Virus record (IMG/VR): IMGVR_UViG_3300045988_070645 | Location: 1-40,619 of that record | Strand: one strand, 5' to 3' | DNA length: 40,619 nt | From: a virus | Part shown: positions 1 to 6,152 of the stretch, one piece after another | Layout: the number at the start of each line of letters is the position of its first letter | Position numbering within the stretch: the first letter of the stretch is position 1 | Program-made: the position numbers and the translations under genes | Notes under the pieces: generated by a model | Database searches by the model: none | Told to the model about the DNA's origin: nothing | Seen by the model: the letters and a program-made list of their open reading frames with translations, nothing else

Positions 1-70
1 AGGCCGCGGAACTGAAGGCCGCGGAACTGAAGGCCGCGGAACTGAAGGCCGCGGAACTGAAGGCCGCGGA
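1..70 (+). repeat. Perfect 15-bp tandem array (4.7 units). It is an in-frame coding repeat (KAAEL)n and the same array as 40541..40619.
   Basis: Read directly. Units start at 1, 16, 31, 46 and 61, and the array diverges at nt 71. Each unit contains CCGCGG. Confidence 0.95.
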
Positions 71-131
71 GGATGTGACCGTGTGGCCCCTCAACGATAA
101 AGAAAAACAGATCATCGGAAAACTCGGTTAA
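1..131 (+). CDS. C-terminal end of the methyltransferase-like ORF that starts at 39860 and wraps across the window ends.
   Basis: Frame 3 continues the AAELK repeats, then EDVTVWPLNDKEKQIIGKLG, with TAA at 129-131. Confidence 0.7.
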   Translation, partial: AAELKAAELKAAELKAAELKAAEDVTVWPLNDKEKQIIGKLG

Positions 132-136
132 ACATC

Positions 137-173
137 GCCCCTCTTTCAGCTATGGCTGGGGGAGGGGCTTTTT
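137..173 (+). terminator. Rho-independent terminator
   Basis: GCCCCTC(137-143) pairs with GAGGGGC(162-168). The inner CAGC/GCTG extends the stem, and TTTTT follows at 169-173. Confidence 0.7.
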
Positions 174-199
174 GTGTTTCGCACGGTAGAATCATCATC

Positions 200-361
200 A
201 TGACCAAGAAAGAGCATGATGATTTTTGGACGAAGTGGAAGCGCGAGCTCACGAAGGATGTGAAGGCCGACAGGATACACGGCGGTGAAGCTGATTTCAG
301 CCGAATGCATGGCGTGACATTGGACACTCAAAAACTGTATGACATGCTACCGCGAGTCTGA
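200..361 (+). CDS. Hypothetical 53-aa protein, a moron lying between two terminators.
   Basis: Internal ATG of ORF 152..361. TAGAAT at 187-192 lies 7 nt upstream, which suggests a leaderless transcript. Confidence 0.4.
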   Translation: MTKKEHDDFWTKWKRELTKDVKADRIHGGEADFSRMHGVTLDTQKLYDMLPRV

Positions 362-364
362 ATT

Positions 365-402
365 GCCCCTCTCTTAGCTTCCGTGCTGTGGGAGGGGCTT
401 TT
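365..402 (+). terminator. Rho-independent terminator between convergent genes
   Basis: GCCCCTCTC(365-373) pairs with GGGAGGGGC(390-398), followed by TTTT at 399-402. Confidence 0.65.
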
Positions 403-417
403 CTGCGTTGCCGGTGG

Positions 418-714
418 TCACAATGCCGGGTATGCGCTCCGGTCGAGTTCCGTCACATCCACGAACGTATTCGGCTGCGGGCCGCATTCGGCGAAGTCGC
501 CGATACCGGCCACCATGTCGTTCGCCTGTTCGATGCAGTAATCGACGTCATCCACGATGTAGGCGGGCTCCATGCTGTCGTCGGCGAAGCAGGTCTCCAG
601 GTTTCCGACCTCGAAGAAGTCGGCCGACCAGTCGGGGCCGTAACCCGGATTCTCCTCGTCCCACTCGCGGATGCTGATTTCCACTGCCTTGTTGTTGTCG
701 ATGAGCGTGACCAT
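418..714 (-). CDS. Small, highly acidic 98-aa protein (acidic protein 1)
   Basis: ATG at 714 is preceded by AAGGAC within the 77-bp repeat. The protein is rich in D/E (WDEENPGYGPDWSADFFEV). Confidence 0.6.
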   Translation of the reverse strand: MVTLIDNNKAVEISIREWDEENPGYGPDWSADFFEVGNLETCFADDSMEPAYIVDDVDYCIEQANDMVAGIGDFAECGPQPNTFVDVTELDRSAYPAL

Positions 715-788
715 TTGGTTTGTCCTTTCTTTTGCTGACATGATTAATATTACTACTACAGTGGTAATAATCAAGTTGGGCGTGTCGC
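712..788 (-). repeat. 77-bp direct repeat, copy 1, carrying a promoter/5'UTR/ATG
   Basis: Identical base for base to 2952..3028. On the minus strand it reads TTGATT..TAGTAATATT..AAGGAC..ATG. Confidence 0.95.
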
Positions 789-789
789 A

Positions 790-1017
790 TCACTCACTCA
801 ATCCGGCCCAGAAATCATCCAACGTCACACCCAATTCGTCCGCCAGCACCTTGGCCGTGGCAAACCCCATCAAATGCGGGTCACGCGCCGACTTCGGACG
901 TGGACTGTCGGACCACGCCTCCCACGCCCACACGCGCCCCACGGTGCTGCTCCCAATCGCCCGGCACAGATCCTGCTGCGACAATCCGGCACGCTCGCGC
1001 ATCGACCTCAAACCCAT
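790..1017 (-). CDS. XRE-family helix-turn-helix protein (75 aa)
   Basis: GLSQQDLCRAIGSSTVGRVWAWE helix-turn-helix. The ATG at 1017 lies 1 nt after the recombinase stop. Confidence 0.6.
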   Translation of the reverse strand: MGLRSMRERAGLSQQDLCRAIGSSTVGRVWAWEAWSDSPRPKSARDPHLMGFATAKVLADELGVTLDDFWAGLSE

Positions 1018-1018
1018 A

Positions 1019-1882
1019 TCAATCCTCCTTGCCCAGGTAATCCTGCAATCCGTCGCCAGCCTTGCCATTCAGCCCGCGACGGGACATGTCGTAATAGTCG
1101 AGCATCTGCGGACTGTTCCACCCGCCTGCGGCCATGATGTCCCTGTCCGGCACTCCCGCGTCGCGGGAGAGTGTGCAGAAGGTGCGCCGCAATGAGTGCG
1201 GAGATATACTTGGCACGCCGATCCGCAGGGCCACCGACGAGACGATGCCGACAGCCCGCTGATGCCGTAGCCGCACGCCGGAAGAATCACGGAACACCGG
1301 CCCATGCTTGCGGCGTCCGAGATGCCGGGCAAGCGCTTTGGCCGCATCGGACGGGACTGCCACGCGCTGAGACCAGTCGCCCTTGCGGTCGAACCGCACC
1401 CACGGGCGCCCGTCATCCAGGTGGCAGTCCTCGACGTCCAATCCGAGCACCTCGCCTATCCTCGCTCCGGTCAGCAGCAGCAGACTGCACAAGGCGTCCG
1501 TCTGCGCGTCCATGTGGCGCGCCTCGGCCAGGAAGGCCACGGCTTGGTCGCGTGTGAGGTATGTTCCGTCGGAATGGCCGTAGAGCCTCGGTCTGCGCAC
1601 GTGCTCGCCGGGGTCGGAGTCGATGTACCCCTCCTCGCAGAGGTAGCGGTAGAGGCAGCACACGACGCTCAGATTCTTGCACACCGTGTTTTTCGCTGCT
1701 GGCCGCATGCCGCCGTCATAGGCGGCGAACACCTCGATATGGGTGCGCTTCGCCCGCAGCATATCGATGCCATTATCCGCACACCAGCGGAGCCATCGCG
1801 ATACGACGCTCCGATACACGGCCCTCGTACCCGGCGACAACCCGGCGAGAAAACCGGCGATCATGTCGGTCAACGTCTCCAT
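1019..1882 (-). CDS. Second tyrosine recombinase (XerC/D-like)
   Basis: ARIGEVLGL (R), HSLRRTFCT (HxxR) and GGWNSPQMLDYYD (catalytic Y). The ATG at 1882 follows AAGGAGA and overlaps the upstream gene by 13 nt. Confidence 0.8.
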   Translation of the reverse strand: METLTDMIAGFLAGLSPGTRAVYRSVVSRWLRWCADNGIDMLRAKRTHIEVFAAYDGGMRPAAKNTVCKNLSVVCCLYRYLCEEGYIDSDPGEHVRRPRLYGHSDGTYLTRDQAVAFLAEARHMDAQTDALCSLLLLTGARIGEVLGLDVEDCHLDDGRPWVRFDRKGDWSQRVAVPSDAAKALARHLGRRKHGPVFRDSSGVRLRHQRAVGIVSSVALRIGVPSISPHSLRRTFCTLSRDAGVPDRDIMAAGGWNSPQMLDYYDMSRRGLNGKAGDGLQDYLGKED

Positions 1883-2739
1883 ATGCGCACCGTCTCCTTG
1901 CAGACAAGCGGCTTGTCGGCCGGACCCTTGACAAACGGTGGTATCCACTGGCGTCGGCGGAGCGAATGATTCGGCCCATACGCCTGATCGCGCCAGAAAC
2001 CACGCACGATGAAACGATGCGAATACTCACGCCGCACCCGCTCGTCATCATCGGCGCTTCCACCCGGACGATGCAGATTCTCACGCAACACCAGCATCTT
2101 GACCTTGCGGATCTCCGGCTCGAAGCGCGACGGCAACGGGTATCTCATGCTGGGTTCGGCGGGCTTGGTGTCGCAGATCCGCGGCTCGCCGCTCAACGCC
2201 CAGACGGCTTGCAGATAGTCAATCCATGCTTTTTGAAACACGGCATCCGCATCGTGGATGGATTTTGCCCTAGCTGCCGTCAAGTCAAGCCAATCGATAG
2301 GCAGACCGATGGAGTCCGCACCACTCTTCCGCAGCGATTCAGGATCATCGGTAAATGCCATGACGGAGGTCTCGCCATCGCCAATCCGATCCCAGAAGAA
2401 CCCCGCGACATTGCTGGTGATGCCAATCGACGACGTGTCTACCGGAACCCCACCCTCAATGAACATCACTCCGCTTGCGGCCGGGGCCTGCATCCGCGGG
2501 AAGTCGCCCTGCGCGGCGGTGTCGGCGGCAAGCTTGGCCATGTCGCGGCTGACCCACCACAATTGCGCGACGGACATCTGATCGATTTCGCTCCACATTC
2601 CATCCAAGATGCGCCGGTATTGCGGCTTGGCTTCGTACTGCCTCATCGCCCGTTCCCGCCAGACGGTGACGAATTTGTCTCGGATGAGCGGCAGGTGCGA
2701 TGGGGTTAGGCGGAGGCGCTTGTTTTTTCTGCGCGTCAT
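1870..2739 (-). CDS. Hypothetical 289-aa protein with no motif I recognise
   Basis: ATG at 2739 lies inside ORF 1870..3129. The gene is translationally coupled to the recombinase and has coding-like composition. Confidence 0.6.
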   Translation of the reverse strand: MTRRKNKRLRLTPSHLPLIRDKFVTVWRERAMRQYEAKPQYRRILDGMWSEIDQMSVAQLWWVSRDMAKLAADTAAQGDFPRMQAPAASGVMFIEGGVPVDTSSIGITSNVAGFFWDRIGDGETSVMAFTDDPESLRKSGADSIGLPIDWLDLTAARAKSIHDADAVFQKAWIDYLQAVWALSGEPRICDTKPAEPSMRYPLPSRFEPEIRKVKMLVLRENLHRPGGSADDDERVRREYSHRFIVRGFWRDQAYGPNHSLRRRQWIPPFVKGPADKPLVCKETVRIWRR

Positions 2740-2750
2740 GTCAGCCTCGG

Positions 2751-2954
2751 TCAGTTCGCGTTGTTTTCGAGGATTTCGGTGAACGTGTCGGCCGGCACGT
2801 CGTCGTAATCTTCGATGTTGTTGGCGGTCATGAAGTCGATCATGTCGGATGCCGCCCAATAGACGTCCCAATCGGACGGGTTCATGGAGGAGTTGGTGAG
2901 ATAGTCGTTGATGTAGTCTTGGGCGGTGGCCATGTTGATTTCCATGATGTTCAT
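2751..2954 (-). CDS. Small, highly acidic 67-aa protein (acidic protein 2)
   Basis: The ATG at 2954 sits at the same position within the 77-bp repeat as that of acidic protein 1. Sequence: MNIMEINMATAQDYINDY..DYDDVPADTFTEILENNAN. Confidence 0.6.
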   Translation of the reverse strand: MNIMEINMATAQDYINDYLTNSSMNPSDWDVYWAASDMIDFMTANNIEDYDDVPADTFTEILENNAN

Positions 2955-3028
2955 TTGGTTTGTCCTTTCTTTTGCTGACATGATTAATATTACTACTACA
3001 GTGGTAATAATCAAGTTGGGCGTGTCGC
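2952..3028 (-). repeat. 77-bp direct repeat, copy 2
   Basis: Identical to 712..788. The flanking sequence is unrelated. Confidence 0.95.
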
Positions 3029-3051
3029 GTATTAGACTGTGAAACGTCCTT

Positions 3052-3130
3052 TTTGCTGACACAAACGGACAAGAGGCGGAGCCGGGCAATGTAAAGCTCC
3101 GCCTCTCTTATAATTGGCCATGTCAGCAAA
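3052..3130. promoter_or_regulatory. Divergent control region: inverted TGTCAGCAAA motifs flank an 11-bp-stem hairpin and a TATAAT box.
   Basis: TTTGCTGACA at 3052-3061 and TGTCAGCAAA at 3121-3130. AGAGGCGGAGC(3072-3082) pairs with GCTCCGCCTCT(3096-3106). TATAAT at 3108-3113. Confidence 0.5.
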
Positions 3131-3140
3131 GGAGACCATC

Positions 3141-4310
3141 ATGGCCTACACGATCCGCCAATACGCGACGAAATCCGGCAAACGCTACGAAGTCAGATAC
3201 CGCAAGCCGGACGGCACGACCACAGGCAAAAGAGGCTTCCGGCGCAAGATGGACGCCGACGCATGGGGTGCGGCCAACGTGACCACCGCGAAAAGCGTCG
3301 GAGCATACATCGACCCGCAAGCCGGAAGACGCTTGGTCGAGGATTTTTGGGAGCCGTGGATAGCGGCCAAAAAGACCAAAGCCAAGCCAAGCTACGTCAA
3401 GTCGCTGGAAGACGCTTGGCGCGTGCATGTGGAGCCGCAGTGGGGCATGAGGGAAGTGCAGTCGATCGCGCGAGGCGAGGTGCAGGGGTGGGTCACCGAT
3501 CTGGCCGGACGGCGCAGTGCGTCCGTGACGATTCGCGCCGAGAATCTGCTTCGCAGTCTCATGGAGAGGGCGAAGGCCGATCGGTGCATCCATGACAATC
3601 CATGCGACGGCATCGAGCTGCCGCGCAAGCAGGTGCGGAAGCACGTCTATCTCTCGGCTGACGAATTGTCTCGTGTGGCGATGCAGTGCGGGTGGCGTGA
3701 GCCGATCGTGCTGACCTTGGGCCTGTGCGGCATGAGGTGGGGTGAGCTTGTGGCGCTCCGTGTCGAGGATGTCGATCTGCAACGCTGTCGGCTGCATATA
3801 TATAGGAGCATCACGCGTCTTTCCAGCAGGATGGTGGAGACCGACCCGAAAACCCATGATGGACGTTCGGTGATGTTTCCCCTGGTGTTGCGTCCACTGC
3901 TCGCCAGGCAATGCGAGGGGCGCAGGCCGTCCGATTTTCTTTTCACCGCTCCCGGCGAGCCTTTGGACGAGCCGATGGGGAATGGCTGGAATCCGACGCG
4001 AAGCGATGGGTGGTTCGCGGTGGCTCTTCGTCGCGCGGGCGTGGATCGTGGCCACATGACGATTCACGATCTGCGCCATACGGCCGCTTCGCTCATGGTG
4101 CAGTCAGGCGCGAACGTCAAGACCGTGCAAAGGCAGCTGGGGCACAAGTCGGCCGCCATGACATTGGATGTTTACGCCGATCTCTTCGATGATGATCTGG
4201 ACGAGTTGTCGGAGAGGATGGGTGGTTTGCTTTTTTCGCGGAATGTGGGCAAAATGTGGGCAAACGTGACGCAAGGTGTCGATGGAACCGTTGAAACGGT
4301 TGGTGTCTGA
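3141..4310 (+). CDS. int: Phage integrase (tyrosine recombinase)
   Basis: AAGGAGA RBS before the ATG at 3141. N-terminal arm-binding-like MAYTIRQYATKSGKRYEVRYRKPDG, plus MRWGEL (R), HDLRHTAAS (HxxR) and LDVYADL (Y). It lies next to the attP-like site. Confidence 0.9.
   Translation: MAYTIRQYATKSGKRYEVRYRKPDGTTTGKRGFRRKMDADAWGAANVTTAKSVGAYIDPQAGRRLVEDFWEPWIAAKKTKAKPSYVKSLEDAWRVHVEPQWGMREVQSIARGEVQGWVTDLAGRRSASVTIRAENLLRSLMERAKADRCIHDNPCDGIELPRKQVRKHVYLSADELSRVAMQCGWREPIVLTLGLCGMRWGELVALRVEDVDLQRCRLHIYRSITRLSSRMVETDPKTHDGRSVMFPLVLRPLLARQCEGRRPSDFLFTAPGEPLDEPMGNGWNPTRSDGWFAVALRRAGVDRGHMTIHDLRHTAASLMVQSGANVKTVQRQLGHKSAAMTLDVYADLFDDDLDELSERMGGLLFSRNVGKMWANVTQGVDGTVETVGV
4245..4262 (+). repeat. Putative arm-type site (GTGGGCAAAATGTGGGCA), copy 1, inside the int 3' end
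   Basis: 18-bp exact direct repeat of 4455..4472. Confidence 0.6.
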
Positions 4311-4322
4311 GGCTTTTTGCCG

Positions 4323-4347
4323 GTGGGTTCGAGTCCCGCTGGAGGCA
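4323..4347 (+). other. attP core candidate: the 3' end of a tRNA gene (T-arm, acceptor 3' strand and discriminator)
   Basis: GTGGG-TTCGAGT-CCCGC, then TGGAGGC-A. It lies immediately downstream of int. Confidence 0.65.
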
Positions 4348-4354
4348 CTTTTGG

Positions 4355-4385
4355 AAACCGCCAGAGATGGCGGTTTTCCTTTATT
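4355..4385 (+). terminator. Terminator following the tRNA 3' fragment
   Basis: AAACCGCCA-GAGA-TGGCGGTTT, followed by a T-rich run. Confidence 0.65.
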
Positions 4386-4416
4386 CTCCAACGGTTTTCA
4401 AGCTTTCCTATTTCAC

Positions 4417-4447
4417 TCTGATTCACGCTATTTCACGCTATTTCACG
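4417..4447 (+). repeat. 10-bp phased tandem repeat (ATTTCACGCT-like, x3), with a further CTATTTCAC at 4408
   Basis: Read directly. Units are spaced exactly 10 bp apart. Confidence 0.7.
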
Positions 4448-4454
4448 GAAAAAC

Positions 4455-4472
4455 GTGGGCAAAATGTGGGCA
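4455..4472 (+). repeat. Putative arm-type site, copy 2
   Basis: Exact repeat of 4245..4262 on the other side of the core. Confidence 0.6.
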
Positions 4473-4477
4473 CGGAA

Positions 4478-4984
4478 TCACCAGATCATCGGCAGTCCGA
4501 GGCATTGGCGCGCCCACTGTTCCACGGCACGATTCTCCTCATCGTCACCGAGCATGAGGAGATAACCGGCGTTCTTTCCGAGGGTGGCGGGCTGTAGACA
4601 TTTGATGAGTCCTTGGTCGCGGAGGAATTTCCATGCTTGGACGATTCGGACCTTGGCGGTGCCCTCACGTGCTTTCATCGCGGCCTCCACCTCCTCTTCC
4701 GACTTGCCGATGACTTGCTCGGGGGAGAGCGCCATCATTCCGTGGTCTTCGGCAAGCGTCTTCCAGCCCTTCGTGTAGTAGCGGCATGGATAGCCCTTGG
4801 ATTTAGCGTCACGGCTCGGCTCCTTGTGCTCGCTGTCCCAGTCGTAGCTTGAGAGCGCCATATCGAGGAGCACAAGCTCCGCCATCGTGTTCACCGTGAT
4901 CTTGCTGCCTCGCGGCTTGAGCAGTTTTCCTGCGCGGCTGAGCTCGTAGACTGCTCCAGCGTTGCGGTATCCCATCTTTTCCAT
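4478..4984 (-). CDS. Hypothetical 168-aa protein with a possible winged-helix C-terminus
   Basis: GGAGAGG RBS before the ATG at 4984. The longer 5062 start would run through a 12-bp perfect inverted repeat. Confidence 0.5.
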   Translation of the reverse strand: MEKMGYRNAGAVYELSRAGKLLKPRGSKITVNTMAELVLLDMALSSYDWDSEHKEPSRDAKSKGYPCRYYTKGWKTLAEDHGMMALSPEQVIGKSEEEVEAAMKAREGTAKVRIVQAWKFLRDQGLIKCLQPATLGKNAGYLLMLGDDEENRAVEQWARQCLGLPMIW

Positions 4985-5042
4985 CGCTTTCCTCTCCACG
5001 CCTAGAGGTAAAATCTTGCGTGGAGACGCTAGTCCGTTTCCT

Positions 5043-5082
5043 GCCCTTGGCGTGCTCTTCAAACCTCACGCCAAGGGCTTTT
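5043..5082 (+). promoter_or_regulatory. Perfect 12-bp inverted repeat followed by TTTT. It could be a plus-strand terminator or a 5'UTR hairpin of the minus-strand gene.
   Basis: GCCCTTGGCGTG(5043-5054) pairs with CACGCCAAGGGC(5067-5078). Confidence 0.55.
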
Positions 5083-5298
5083 CCTTATGTGGAATACTAT
5101 ACCACATGAGGTGTATTAAACACATCCACAGAGATATATTCTTTTAAAACTCATAGGGGTATTTAAATATACTATATACATGTAATACATGTGTTTATAT
5201 ATTTTTTTACAAGAGCGCCAATGCGCTGAAAAACGAAGAATCGGCACGTCCAATCCCCATCTGCGGTAGCTTGAAGCGGAGAGAAGGAAGGGGAAGCA
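5083..5298. promoter_or_regulatory. Markedly AT-rich divergent intergenic islet
   Basis: Runs such as TATTTAAATATACTATATACATGTAATACATGTGTTTATATATTTTTTT. Inverted repeat ATGTGG-N9-CCACAT at 5087-5107. Confidence 0.5.
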
Positions 5299-6084
5299 AT
5301 GAAGAAACTGATTTACCTCGTGCTATCCGTGCTGTGCGCAATCTCCGGCATCTACGGCATCTACGACACCATCACCACACCGCAGGATGATCTGGCCACA
5401 AGCATCATAACGATTCTGCTCCTCGCCTTCCTTGCATGGCTTTTCATGCATCTCTTCCTCAATCCGGAGCCGCGCCATAAGCATCAAGCGACGAATACGC
5501 CTGAATCGTCGCCGGAAGCACCCTCAGACGCTCCAACAGCGGAAACGGCACCAATCACCCACAGCAACGCGAATAGTGGCGTGGAGGACGATTACGTGGC
5601 TGTGGATATTGAGACCACCGGCCTAGGTCGTGACGCTCGAATCATCGAGCTGGGAGCCGTGAGAATCAGGCACGGACGCAAAGTCGCGTCATACAGCCAG
5701 CTCGTCAACCCCCAGATCCCAATACCAGCCAAGGTCACGCAGATCACCGGCATCGCCGACCGGGACGTCAAAGGCAAACCCACCATCGACAAAGCGCTAC
5801 CCAAATTCTACGCTTTCTGCGGGCGTGATACGTGGATAGGACACAATATTCGCCGCTTCGACATTCCGGTGATTGCCAGGGAAGCGCAGAGGGTCGGTGC
5901 CGGGATGCCGGACGTGAGCTTCTATGACACTTTGGAAGTCTCTCAGACGCTCTTGCCGCAGCTTGACCGCCATAGACTGCTCGACCTCATCCGCTATTTC
6001 GGCATCGCCAAGACCGAGCGTCATAGGGCCGCCGACGATGCTGCACAGACAGCGCAAATCTTCGAGCATTTGAAGCAGATATAA
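5299..6084 (+). CDS. Membrane-anchored DnaQ-like DEDDh 3'-5' exonuclease
   Basis: Two N-terminal hydrophobic helices (LIYLVLSVLCAISGIYGIY and IITILLLAFLAWLFMHLFL). Exo I is VAVDIETTG, Exo II is GHNIRRFDIPVI, Exo III is HRAADDAAQTAQIF. Confidence 0.75.
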   Translation: MKKLIYLVLSVLCAISGIYGIYDTITTPQDDLATSIITILLLAFLAWLFMHLFLNPEPRHKHQATNTPESSPEAPSDAPTAETAPITHSNANSGVEDDYVAVDIETTGLGRDARIIELGAVRIRHGRKVASYSQLVNPQIPIPAKVTQITGIADRDVKGKPTIDKALPKFYAFCGRDTWIGHNIRRFDIPVIAREAQRVGAGMPDVSFYDTLEVSQTLLPQLDRHRLLDLIRYFGIAKTERHRAADDAAQTAQIFEHLKQI

Positions 6085-6123
6085 GCTTTATAAAGACTTA
6101 TAAAGGCTTATAAGGCAATATAA

Positions 6124-6145
6124 AAGCCCCACGATTGTGGGGCTT
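6124..6145. terminator. Bidirectional terminator hairpin
   Basis: AAGCCCCAC-GATT-GTGGGGCTT, with A/T runs on both sides. Confidence 0.65.
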
Positions 6146-6152
6146 CATGCTA

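Noticed and set aside
1-70. The terminal 15-bp arrays as a CRISPR array.
   Set aside because: The units are contiguous with no spacers, are only 15 bp long, and lie in frame inside a coding sequence.
1561-2709. 382-aa plus-strand ORF across the recombinase module.
   Set aside because: The minus strand carries clear tyrosine-recombinase motifs and coupled starts. The plus-frame product is Arg/Pro-rich with no motifs.
3123-4079. 318-aa minus-strand ORF.
   Set aside because: It is antisense to the integrase gene.
4985-5062. The longer N-terminal extension of the 4478 gene, starting at 5062.
   Set aside because: It would be translated through a perfect 12-bp inverted repeat and lacks an RBS. 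The ATG at 4984 has GGAGAGG upstream.
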